Shown: piece after piece, positions 1 through 13,345 of the stretch
Layout of the letters: each line of letters opens with the position of its first letter
Position numbering within the stretch: position 1 is the first letter of the stretch
Assembly (NCBI GenBank): GCA_951406725.2
Contig: OX597817.1
Span: forward strand, 67,270,001-67,334,000
Direction: 5' to 3'
DNA: 64,000 nt
DNA from: Octopus vulgaris
Lineage: Eukaryota
Translations under genes and position numbers: made by a program
Notes under the pieces: generated by a model
What the model saw: the letters and a program-made list of their open reading frames with translations, nothing else
Database searches by the model: none
Told to the model about the DNA's origin: nothing

Positions 1-582
1 ATATATATATATATATATATACATATATATGTGTGTGTATATATATATATTTATATATATATGTATGAATGTGTGTGTGTGTATATATATAATATATATA
101 TATATATATGAATGTATGTATGTATGTATGTATGTATATGTCGCCTAGAAATTCCTGATTTGGGGTGAAACTGCGAGTCGCTGTGAAAGTTTGAACTTTC
201 AAGTATCTACAATGAATTTACTCGGCGATTATATTTAACTCTCTTAGTGATAGCAGTACTTTATACATGCAACATACTCTATGCTATGTGTGTGTGAGAG
301 AGAGAGAGTGGGGGGATTGTGCGTGTGTAATTAATATATATATATATAATTAAAATATTTGCAATATGTGAATGCCATTATTTTGTTAAGCAAAACAGCA
401 AAACGGTTTGGTTAACTCACACTACCACTGCCATCCCATCCTCCCACTACCTGTCACGCCAATACAGTCCCTCCCTCACTAACACATAGTTATCGCTGTT
501 TCTCATTATAACTACAACGCTTTCAACCTTCCTTTCCACACAACTTCTCTACATGAAGAAATTAAAACAATGTTTGAGATTC

Positions 583-665
<83 letters not shown>

Positions 666-1171
666 GTGTGTGTGTGAGAGTGTGTGCGTTTGTATGTGCA
701 AGAGAAAAAGAGACAAAAGGAACAGCAAATGGGGAACAGGTTATAATAATGCACAAAGCGGAAGGATGGTGAAATAGTGAAAGGTAGCTAGATAAATTGA
801 TAGTTAGGTAGTTAAATAGAGAGAGAGAGACAGAAAGACAGAGAGACAGAAAGAGATACAGACAGAGTAACAAAGTAAATGGATGAAGTAGAAAACGTAA
901 GACGAAGACACAAGCAATTCAGAAGGTGAATGAATAAAATAGAATGTGAGAGAGGGAGGGAGTGAGAGAGAGTGAGAAGGAAATGGAATAGAAAAGGAGA
1001 GGGTGTGTTTGTGTGTGAGAGAGAGAAAGAGAGAGAGGGGGAGGGAGGGAAAGAGAGGGGGATTTGGTTTATAGGAAATAAAACTGCCTGGATCAAGTTA
1101 ACTTAGATAATTTATCAACGACTAAGCATGGTAAATGACTAAGTAATAAACACGGATATCTATATCTATAT

Positions 1172-1172
<1 letters not shown>

Positions 1173-1216
<44 letters not shown>

Positions 1217-1471
1217 GAGAGATGTGTGAGCGTGTCACTGCTTCTGTATGCATGAATGTATGCATGTATGTATGCATGTGTGTATGTATGCATGCATGTA
1301 TATTTGTATGTATGTATGTATGTATGTATGCATGCACACATGCATGTATGTATGTATGTATGTATGTATGTATGTATGTATGTATGTATGTATGTATGTA
1401 TGTATGTATGTATGTATGTGTGTGTATGAATGAATGTATGTATGTATGTTTGTATGTATGCATGTGTGTAT
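1173..1471. repeat. (CA)n followed by (TATG)n microsatellite, representative of many compound microsatellites in the window
   Basis: Directly visible; it generates the HT/YVCM-repeat ORFs. Confidence 0.97.
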
Positions 1472-1602
1472 GAAGGCGTGGCAAAGTATTTTTGCATATA
1501 GTTTGAACAAACTTTTACAATGAGGATTAAGGCCTTCTTATGAAAATTCTGTTTTATTAATGACTGTGGCCTACTCTGGATATTTACTCCGACAACGTAC
1601 AC

Positions 1603-1642
<40 letters not shown>

Positions 1643-1847
1643 CCATACATACACACACATTCACCAACACCCCCACACATGCGCGCGCGCATTATTTTGA
1701 TCATGAAATTACAATTATATATATATATATAGTCAATAATAAAAGGGTAAAATTAATTAATTATTAATTAATAATTTTACCAAGTAGTTTTCAGTATGTA
1801 AAAAGACGATTTACGGTATATTTAAAACGTAATGTTTTAAATATACC

Positions 1848-1904
<57 letters not shown>

Positions 1905-2125
1905 TGGCAAATGAAAGACGGAAGATGGAATATACGAGAATTTATTAATCACGACAATTGTTTCGACACATCTATTATCCATCCCTTATTATACTCAACT
2001 ACTGGTTCAGGAGCTCACGGCAGTGCAGATGGCTCTAGTCTTTTACTTGTCATATACATAACGATAACTATGAAACTGACTGTGATTTACCAGTAAACTA
2101 CCAGGTGTAAAATATTCGTTTTATT

Positions 2126-2686
<561 letters not shown>

Positions 2687-2733
2687 AATTTACCGCACAG
2701 GTAAATTAATGAAATATATACGTATATGATATA

Positions 2734-2779
<46 letters not shown>

Positions 2780-2862
2780 ATCCAAACAAGAAAACACAGA
2801 AAAAAAACACAGCAACGCGAGGACGTGGAACAATTAAAGTATTATTTGACGCTCAGGAAAGA

Positions 2863-3446
<584 letters not shown>

Positions 3447-3862
3447 GGCGCAGGAGTGGCTGTTTGGTAAGTAGCTTGCTATCCAACCACATGGTTCCGG
3501 GTTCAGTCCCATCTTAGGCAAGTGTCTTCTGCTATAGCCCCGGGCCGACCAATGCCTTGTGAGTGGATTTGGTAGACGGAAACTGAAAGAAGCCTGTCGT
3601 ATATATGTATATATATATATAAGTGTGTGTGAATATGTTTGTGTGTCTGTGTTTGTTCTCCTAGCATTGCTTGACAACCGATGCTGGTGTGTTTACGTCC
3701 CTGTCACTTAGCGGTTCGGCAAAAGAGGCCGATAGAATAAGTACTGGGCTTACAAAGAATTAGTCCTGGGGTCGATTTGCTCGACTAAAGGCGGTGCTCC
3801 AGCATGGCCGCAGTCAAATGACTGAAACAAGTAAAAAGAATAAAAAAAGAGTAAAGAGTAAA
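3447..3862 (+). mobile_element. tRNA-derived SINE, family A (octopus OK/OR-like), near full length
   Basis: Head GGCGCAGGAGTGGCTGTTTGGTAAG...GGTTCAGTCCC with A/B-box-like motifs, internal (TA/TG)n, and 3' end GGCGGTGCTCCAGCATGGCCGCAGTC...GAAACAAGTAAAAAG. More than 10 homologous pieces occur in the window. Confidence 0.9.
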
Positions 3863-4210
3863 TATATATGATATATATATATGATATATATATATATGAT
3901 ATATATATATGATATATATATATATATATATATGATATATATATATATATGATATATATATATGTATGATATATATATATATGATATATATATATGATAT
4001 ATATATATGATATATATATATGTGATATATATATATATATGATATATATATATATGATATATATATATATATGATATATATAGATATATATGATATATAT
4101 ATATATATATATGTGATATATATATATATAATATATATATATATATGATTAAGTCTTTCTTTGTTTGATTTGCAAAATAGTGGTTTTGTCTCTAATTAAT
4201 ATTATATGAT

Positions 4211-4271
<61 letters not shown>

Positions 4272-4501
4272 TACTGGAGGAGTATTTTTCGTCACGGATA
4301 ATTGAATTTTGGAGGGGCCTGGCAAGTCTACTAGATAGATGGAAGAGTATTGCAGAAAATGAAGGAGAGAATATTTCAAATTAAAAAAGACTTTACCTTA
4401 ATTTTGAAAAATAAAAGACGCTTAAAAAACCGTTTTATATATGTAATGAGCCAATATATATACATATATATATATATACATACATATACATGCATGCATA
4501 C

Positions 4502-4549
<48 letters not shown>

Positions 4550-5342
4550 GTGTGTGTAGGTGTGTGTGTGTGATATACTACGAGTCTTGAAATCTTTTTC
4601 AGATACTGACACACTTTTTCAGTGTACTTTGACACCGTGAATTCTTTGCCTTATAGTTAGTATACATATAGGTTTTACAAATAGATAACCCTACCCAGGG
4701 CTGCCCTTTAAAAGGGCTTAATATCCATGATAAATTATAAGAGATTTCGAGGTCACCCACATAAAATGTTAGCTTGCTTACTACAAAAGTAACAAATGTA
4801 AACTTAAGATAATCCAGAATGAAATATTCCTAATTGATAGAAGCAAGCATAATCGGTGTTGGAAATTGTAAATTTAGGCTCACTGGTTACACTGAGATAA
4901 ATAAAATGTGACATGGTGATCCCCTCTCTTATCTCTATCTTGTTTGGCAGGTGTGTGTATGCAACTAACTGTTCAACGGGTGGGATAAAAAAAAAAGGGT
5001 TAATTCAAAGTTAGTAAGCAATAATACTTTCCAGTAATAGTAGTAGTGGTGGTGGTAATAATACCATCCCTATATATATATATTAAAATACCATCACGAG
5101 TGACAAGCGAATTATCAGCCGTACGGGCAAATTAATAAAATATATACATACAATATTAGATATGTACATATATACACAAGGGCACTACATGAGTACCTGC
5201 ATCGCTAAAAATAGAAGTAAAAGAAATACTTCTGTACCACCGAATAGTCACAAATCCATTACTGACATGATAGGAAAATATATCAGTGAACAATAATAAC
5301 GTCTTACCTCTACTGAGTCAGAACAAGTAAATGCTGGTCAAC

Positions 5343-5398
5343 TTGGTACCGGTTTCGAAATTTAGCGCCAAATAGGCGTCTGATTTCTCATCAGCCAA
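5343..5398 (-). ncRNA. Minimal type-I hammerhead ribozyme, apparently intact
   Basis: Minus strand reads UUGG-CUGAUGA-GAAAU..CGCC-UAUUU-GGCG..AUUUC-GAAA-CCGG-UA-CCAA. Stems I and II pair, stem III is the palindrome ACCGGU, and the triplet is GUA. Confidence 0.85.
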
Positions 5399-5539
5399 AA
5401 TTTTGGCCCATAAGTAGTAACATCATCCTGCGTAAGACTGCCACATTGTGTTGGTAAATAGACTTTACTGTACGCTACTGTTGCTACATGTTTCTCGCTC
5501 CGAGATTTAAAACCAGTTGTTTTTCTATATATATATACA

Positions 5540-6020
5540 CCAGTGTAAAATTAACAGCGGACCTTGAAGCAATCCAGAGAAGATTCACAAAGAAGGTCGT
5601 CTCTTTGCAACAGCTCAGCTACTGGGAAAGGTTGAAACAGCTAAGACTATACTCCCTAGAGAGAACACGGGAGAGGTATGCAGTAATATATGTCTGGAAG
5701 ATCCTGGAAGGAATTGTGCCAAATTTTGGCATTGTAAGCTACACCAATGCTAGAACGGGACGACACTGCATAGTGCCAAAGATCCCAGCAATGCCATCAC
5801 GCTTCAGGACCAGCTTCTGCAACAGCCTGGGTTTCAAGGGCCCACAGCCTTTTAATATTCTCCCAAAGAGTCTGAGGAACTTGCACAAAGTAGATGTAGC
5901 AGTTTTTAAATCAAAGCTGGACATCTTCCTGTCAAGAGTCCCAGATGAACCTACTTCACGGCAAGAGGTGCAAATGAGAGTAGCTATATCAAACTCCATT
6001 CTTCACCAAGTGCCACATAT
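5540..6020 (+). mobile_element. 5'-truncated CR1/L2-group LINE, C-terminus of ORF2
   Basis: LEAIQRRFTKK..LSYWERLKQLRLYSLER.RERY matches the post-RT motif of CR1-group LINEs. Confidence 0.85.
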
Positions 6021-6481
6021 TAGACGTGACATCAATTTGACGAAAAATATCGAAATTTGGCGAAAAATGTTTCAGAGATAGCTTATTAACGGTAATCTAT
6101 TTAGCATTTGCTAATTCTTCATTTCAGTACGAATTGCTCTGATTTGCTAAAACTTAGTATTTCAAATCGTTGTTTTAATTTTCCAGCCTTTCAGGTTTTA
6201 AATTGGTAAGTGCATTTTATTTCTCAAACACAATATAGGGATTTTCGCACTAGCCATCGTGACAACAATTTCACGAAATCTGCCCCAAAGCGTAAAATTT
6301 CGCCATTTTACACACATACACAAAAATGACAACACGGGTTCGCTACTAGAGCCTGCTCATTTTTTCGTCAAATTGATCCTACCCATTAATATAGATTTTA
6401 AACTTTTGAAAAATGTCGAAATTTGACGAAAAATGTTTGTTGATTATACACCTGTCTTCGTCTTTTGTTTTTCTGTAAATT

Positions 6482-6565
<84 letters not shown>

Positions 6566-6571
6566 ATATAT

Positions 6572-6760
6572 ATCAAAATAAGCAACAAGGATATCCAGAG
6601 GTAATGCAGTACGATCGTTCCAAGCAACTCCATTTAATTGAACAATGCTGAGGATTGCTCTGCATTTAAATTGATGTAATGGTTGCATTGTTCAATTAAA
6701 TGGAGTTGCTTGAAACGATCTACTGCATTACCTCTGGATATCCTTGCTACTTATTTTGAT
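6572..6760. repeat. Inverted repeat with about 77-bp arms (6572-6648 / 6685-6760)
   Basis: The arms are reverse complements with a few mismatches around a 36-bp spacer. Confidence 0.93.
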
Positions 6761-6846
6761 TTTAATCACCTTATTTTGAAATTGTTTTGATAATACCGTA
6801 CTAAATTCTGGTGCCTCAACTTAATTACCATATTCATCCGAGTCTA

Positions 6847-6938
<92 letters not shown>

Positions 6939-6939
<1 letters not shown>

Positions 6940-8647
6940 GTGGGCACCTGGAGAAGCAAGACCATGCCGTCCACCAGCGCCTCCGTCGTGGGACGCTGGA
7001 CCGACGGCCCGGTTGAGTTGTTCGGGGTCTGGTTTGGTCCGGACCTCCAAGTGGAGAAGAACTGGAACGAGATAACGAGTAGGGTGGTCACTCTCGCCCG
7101 GCAATGGGCCGAGAGGAAACTGTCCCTAAAAGGTCGGGCGGAGGTGACGAACACGTACATCGTGTCCGTCATCTACTACCGCCTGACCGTCGTGCCTTGT
7201 CCCGACCCTACCATCACCAAACTACAACGCATTCTCTTTCGCTTCTTGTGGAAAGGATGCGTCCCGATGGTCAGGCGATCCATTTGCTGTCAACACCCGT
7301 TAAAAGGAAGACTGGGCATGCTAGGTTGACGATGCGCAGACACGCGCTGAGACTGCGACATCTCAGGCTCTTCGTAGACGACGGTGAACAGGTGTGGTCG
7401 CCGTTTGTGAGGCACGCTTTCCCGCAGCTCGTCTCCATGACCGAACTGCAGTCGTGGATCAAAAAGAGGCCGAGGAAGGGCGAATGGCACCGCGAGTGTC
7501 GCGTTGCTCTCAAGCAACTCTGCCGTCCTGGGTCGACCTTGAGTGACTTCATCACAACCAAAGCATTCTATAGGGGATTAGTGGAGGGGAGGTACGACGA
7601 CGAGCTCGGGGCGAACCTGGACGTCGACGAGGAGTACCTGACCCGCCTATTCGGGACGACTTTCGGGCCAAGGCCCATGGACAACCTCCAGAGATCCCTG
7701 GCCTGACAGTACTACCGAGAAGCGCTACCCGTTCGGGATAAGCTCTACAGACACGGCTCGAGAAATACGGGGCCTGACCTGCCCGAGATGCGGTCAGAGC
7801 GACGAAACCGTTCTGCACGCACTCGTGCAGTGTCCAACAATTTCCGACCTGTAGGCTTATGTCGAACAACTGCTGTCACGCGTGGGACGAGTCGGTTTAT
7901 CAGCTGAGTATATCGTCAATATTGTCACGCCTCCTTCCTTCAAACGGGAAGGAAGAGCTATCTTCATCATCCTTGTGGCTATGGCGAAAGAATGTATCTG
8001 GAGGACGCGTCTGAAAGGATTGGAGACAAACACTTTCCTCTCTGGTCAATCTCTCATCAACTTCTTCAAGTACCACTTGAAAAGGAAAGTGAGAGTAGAG
8101 AGGCAAGTTTTGTCTAGCGAATGTTTTAAAAAAAGATGGGTGAATGTAGCAAGGATGGCACATATGAATGACGAAGCCACCTTGAGCATAATCCTATGAA
8201 CCCAGAAATTGAAAACAGAGGGTTACCCACTTGCAAACAAATGTGGTAACATATAACAATATTGACCAAGGTTACCGTGGTCTTTTTCGTAGGCTTTTCT
8301 TCCCACGGATAAACCTTACTTGCTTTCCCCTTTACACCATATATCATAACACTGTGATACACGATCCCTATTGATCGTTTTTTTCCCTCTTCCCCTTTTT
8401 TCTTCTTTTTTCATTTCTCTTTTCTTTTGTCCCTTTTCCTTTTCTTTTTTTTATTTTTATTTTTTATTTTTCATTTTATTTTATTTTTTTGTTCTTTTCT
8501 TCCCTTTTACGATGCCTGTTGATCGAAAACCTACGCCACCCCTTTTTTTGTTTCTTTTGTTTTTTGTTTTTTCCATCCCCCAAAAGAAAAGCTCTACCTT
8601 GTAACTTGTCCCATCTGTGTGCAGCCCTGTGTGGCCAATAAAGAAAC
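6939..8647 (+). mobile_element. 5'-truncated L1/Tx1-clade LINE: decayed ORF2 C-terminus plus 3' UTR
   Basis: FGVWFG..W..RKLSLKGRA..FRFLWKG..GRLG motifs and a zinc knuckle CPRC..ETVLHALVQCP, broken by frameshifts and stops. It ends CCCTGTGTGGCCAATAAAGAAA and is flanked by (TATC)n on both sides. Confidence 0.92.
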
Positions 8648-8666
8648 TTATCAATCTGTCTATCTA

Positions 8667-8745
<79 letters not shown>

Positions 8746-8766
8746 GTCTGTCTGTCTGTATGTATG

Positions 8767-8902
<136 letters not shown>

Positions 8903-9033
8903 CCAAGGAGAAGGTTTAGTTGAACTGTCTTTATTTGTGTTGACTGTCCCCAACAGTTAATAAATAGATTTGCTCGACTCCCATGTGATTGAGTAACTCT
9001 CTCGCTTCGCACCTGCAGAGCTAACATATACAA

Positions 9034-9064
<31 letters not shown>

Positions 9065-9087
9065 CACACACAAATATGCATATATAC

Positions 9088-9680
9088 ATTGCTGAAAAGA
9101 ACGAAACTGCAGTCTAAGAGGAACCGAGTTAGTAAATGTTTTTATCTTCATTTCACTAAATTTATCTAGCTTCTGTGTTTCTAGCACATATTTCGCCTTA
9201 ATGTACTGATATATGAAAAATATATGGCTTGTGCTAGAAATACCAGCGATAATAATTAATTTTATTTTATCGCAATTTGACTTGTTTACATATTTCTCGA
9301 TAAATTTTTAGCGTTAGACAATATACCAGAAATCCCTAGTTTTGTCGGGACGTTCTGAGTCTGTGCAGAGATCTGATTAGTTAGAGAGAGCAAATCATTA
9401 GAAGCACATGCTTCTAGTGAGTTAGGATCTCAGAACAACAGGGCTCTTACCGATGAATTCTCCCTGAGCAAATAAATTATCTTTATTGCTGAAAAGAACG
9501 AAACTGCAGTCTAAGAGGAACCGAGTTAGTAAATGTTTTTATCTTCATTTCACTAAATGTATCTAGCTTCTGTGTTTTTAGCACATATTTCGCCTTAATG
9601 TACTGATATATGAAAAATATATGGCTTGTGCTAGAAATACCAGCGATAATAATTAATTTCATTTTATCGCAATTTGACTT

Positions 9681-9685
<5 letters not shown>
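9088..9685 (+). mobile_element. Non-autonomous Penelope-pLTR or retrozyme-like unit with 201-bp direct repeats (9088-9288, 9485-9685)
   Basis: Near-identical direct repeats at 397-bp periodicity. A hammerhead spans the start of the second repeat, and the unit ends in (TA)n. Confidence 0.75.
9444..9517 (+). ncRNA. Type-I hammerhead ribozyme motif with U4C core variant
   Basis: CUCUUA-CCGAUGA-AUUCU..(AGCAAAUAAA/UUUAUUGCU)..AGAAC-GAAA-CUGCAG-UC-UAAGAG: perfect 6-bp stem I, palindromic stem III, GUC at 9509-9511. Confidence 0.8.
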
Positions 9686-9730
<45 letters not shown>

Positions 9731-10037
9731 TCGTACTAGTAGAGTTAGGGTTCCAGCTATGAGCTATGTGAATCACTGAGAGTGAAGAACTTGTTTTCAT
9801 TAAAACTTTTTTCTAGACGATAAACTCGTACAAAAGAAACCTGAAGTACATTTGGTCTCTGGTTGTCTCAACTTCTGTTGTGCTACTGATTCCATAACCG
9901 ATTGTTCTGAAAAGTGGGTTCATTACAGTGCAACACTTTATTCATTGAAAACCGGTACTTCTTGAACTTTTGGAACGTTTCTACAGACTTCCTAAGTTTT
10001 GGAAGTATCCTTACTCACTCACGAGTTGACCTCCACC

Positions 10038-10388
10038 ATGTATGTATGTATGTATGCATGTATGTATGTATGTATGTATGTATGTATGTATGTATGTGTG
10101 TATATATGTATGTATGCACGTATGTAGTTATGTATGTATGTATGTATGTATGTATGTATGTATGTATGTATGTACGTATGTAGTTATGTATTTATGTATT
10201 ATATATGTATGCATATATGTATGTATGCATGCTTGCATGTATGTGTGTACGTACTATGTATGTATGTATGTATGTATGTATGTATGTATGTATGTATGTA
10301 TGTATGCATGTATGTATGTATGCATGCATGCATGCATGTATGTATGCATGTACGTATGCACGTAGGTATGTATGTATGTATGTATGTA
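10038..10388. repeat. (TATG)n microsatellite
   Basis: Directly visible. Confidence 0.97.
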
Positions 10389-10842
10389 CTGGCGCAGTTT
10401 GGCCGTATGCTTGAGAAGTTCACTTTGCATGGAGCCTGGGTCAAATGTAATTTTCAATAGCCCCAGGTTCACCCATACTCTGTGAGGGTGAAATTGAGAA
10501 GACGGAAACTGTAAAGAAGTCAGCCGGATAAAACGTACCTCTAATTCACTTAGTGCTGTTCTGTCGCACATTAGATCACACCGATTCTGCCTGAAAACTA
10601 CTTTAAATGTACACGTGTTTATGGAATAATCAGTCACTCACACGTTAATTCAGGAGAAAGTTATCCAGTTGTTCGAACACCTGAATCCTTCTCGTCGACA
10701 GATGGAGATCCACTACCACCATAGATGTGTGTATATGTCTGTGTCCATGTGATATTTAAATGAAAATAAAAAAGAGGCTCTATAGACCACACGAATAAAA
10801 AAGATAGATTCGAACCTCTTTTCTTTATATTTTATATTTATA

Positions 10843-11353
10843 CTAGCAGTATCGTCCGGCGTTGCTCGGATTTGTAAGGAATAACTATATAAGCATTTTT
10901 AGAGAGTTACTTCCCTTATAGATGCCAATTCGGGCTTTCTTAGCCATTTCTGTTTTGGTGTCTTCAAGCCATGAAGTCGTTGTTCTAAAAGAACGCTGGT
11001 CTCCTTGACAACGCTTTACGACGTTGATTTCCTTACACTCCCTTCCCCACAGCTTCACGAGGGAGGGAAGAAGGAGGAGAGGCAAACAGGTGCAGGTGTG
11101 ACCATGGACGCCAACTCCGCCGCCATCGACACACGAAAAATTATGCATTGAAATGGAATAAAAAATGATGTTAAATTATTTTTAAAATCGTAGACTCATT
11201 GTAGACGCGCGCTAATACTCAGACGGGCTCGATATGAATCACGACTATAAGATACCCGAATTTGGTTAAACTGCACCGCAAAATGTGGGAGTAGTTAGGA
11301 ATCTAAATCGAAGGGGACAGACACTCACACAACTACAGTTTTATATATTTAGA
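10843..11353 (-). mobile_element. Non-autonomous Helitron-like element
   Basis: Minus strand starts TCTAAATATATAAAA and ends with an imperfect GC-rich hairpin (CCGAGCAACGCCGG) shortly before CTAG. It is inserted between A and T with no TSD. Confidence 0.75.
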
Positions 11354-12170
11354 TATTTTGTATTTTTATCCATTGTATTACTTATTTATTGTATTTCAAT
11401 GTTAGTTTCTTTCAAAGCAATATTTCTACTGCGTTTCTGAATATCAGATAACAAATGCAGTAAGAAAATTCATTGGTTGTTTGATAACATATAATACCTT
11501 TCGTTATTATCATTCTTAAGACACACACACACGCGCATACATACAATATAAAATAAATAAAATATTTAAATGACAGGGAGTCGGAGATTTGAATCCGATA
11601 CAGCGTTAACTCGTTTATTGGTGCATTAAATCAGGTAGCGTTGACCGAAGGAAACCTAAGATTAGGGAAACTACTTTGGTTAAGTATCAAAACATCATAT
11701 TATATACTCCAGAGACTAATGAAGTGGCGTAGCACTTGTTTTCTTTATATCGCCAGTGGCAGGGCTAAACAGTACAACTCCATAAAAAGAATAGTAGAAT
11801 TCCAATATAAGAATTGTACTTAGGCGTATTGTTTCACTATGTTCAATGACATCAAGTAAATAGACCGGAAGCAAAACCACTTGGGCTTGTTAGTTTACGA
11901 TTACCATGTATGTATGTATGTATGTATGTATGTATGTATGTATGTATGTATGTATGTATGTATGTATGTATGTATGTATGTGTGTCTTAGTCTGTGTGAG
12001 TGTGTATGTGTCTTAGTCTGTGTGAGTGTGTATGTGTCTTTACACACACGCATATAAACCGCCTCTTACGTCAGATCATGTAACATGAAATTATATAAGT
12101 TATTGTATACAAGGAAGGAAAATTACTGTTGTTTTATACTACTGCTCTCAAATGCAAACTCTTTTCTCGG

Positions 12171-12828
12171 TATCTACCATTCTCAGTGATGCCGAGGCAA
12201 GTTGTCTCGCCCAGTCTGTGACATTCAGGTGTTCTTTAACTTAGGCACCTACGCATTCAAAGGTCACATAAGCGTCTATGTATTCGTCTGTCTGTGTTTT
12301 ATTTATATTTGGTTAAATTTTTTGAAGTATTTGTGCAGGTATGGAATGTGTATAGGGGTACTATATATGTGTAGGTTGACATTAAGGTAGTAGAAAAAGG
12401 GAGTGTGTGTATGTCCGACCATATTAGGGAGCGTATGCGTTTGTGATATTCTTTGTGTATGTTTTGGTTAAAACCTTCGCCGGGTTTTGCGTGTTAGTGG
12501 TGCAAGAGCCGAAGGTGAAGAACTGATGCTTATAGTCACGGTGAGGCGCGTAGGTATGATAAAATATACTTCCTTTCATATGAGCAAGGACTAAAAAGTT
12601 CACCTCTGCAGTTTAGATAGATGCCTGGGTGATGAGAGTATTTTTTAATACGGTTCTTTTGTCTGCTAAACACAATCTACAGTTTCGGATGCTATTGAAG
12701 TAAGTTTTGCAAGTCTTTAAGATTTTCCACTTCATGTTGTATGCCATGGAGTTTTTTTGCAACGATATGTTTGGCCAAGGGTGCGGCATTTCGTCTCTCC
12801 GGTATATTATAGGAGGACCCGTACCTGT
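12171..12828 (-). mobile_element. Penelope-like element remnant: GIY-YIG C-terminus plus 3' region
   Basis: Minus strand about 12828-12565 translates with frameshifts to RRNAAPLAKHI..YNMKWKILKTCKTY..RNCRLCLADK..LNCRGELFSPC, homologous to the ORF at 23848. Confidence 0.75.
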
Positions 12829-12856
12829 TGTGTGTGTATGTATATATATATATCTA

Positions 12857-12927
<71 letters not shown>

Positions 12928-12954
12928 ATATATATATATATATATGTATATGGC

Positions 12955-13045
12955 AAGCACATAGTCACAAGTTCTCCTTCAATATCCTGGAGAGACGAAA
13001 TGTCACACACTTGGCTAAACACGTATAGTCGCTGAAAGAAAGCAC
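12955..13045 (+). mobile_element. Short Penelope GIY-YIG fragment, inverted relative to 12765-12820
   Basis: [23 protein letters not shown], with DNA similarity to the reverse complement of 12765-12820. Confidence 0.65.
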
Positions 13046-13079
13046 CATATATATATTTTTATATATATTTATATAGTTC

Positions 13080-13345
13080 AAAATTATCTAAAAAAATCAA
13101 AAGACAGAGAAAGGTGGAGAACAACAAATAAGGCGATTTGATGCTCATGAAAAACGGAAGATGTCATTGACGTTTCGAACCTACGCTCTTCTACAGAAAA
13201 GAACGAAGAGCGAAAACAGATGGAGAGAGAGGGAAAAAACGGTGAGAAAATATACGTGCCTGGGCTAACGGCTGCACATGTTGAATTAACTGGAAGGAAA
13301 GATGGTTGGAGATATGAGTGACAAGGGAGACAACAGTGACCTGGC
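13080..13345 (-). mobile_element. Penelope-pLTR-like repeat with a degenerate hammerhead; related piece at 2776-2862
   Basis: Minus strand reads CUGUAGA-A-GAGC-GUAG-GUUC-GAAACGUC at 13169-13196. Confidence 0.5.
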
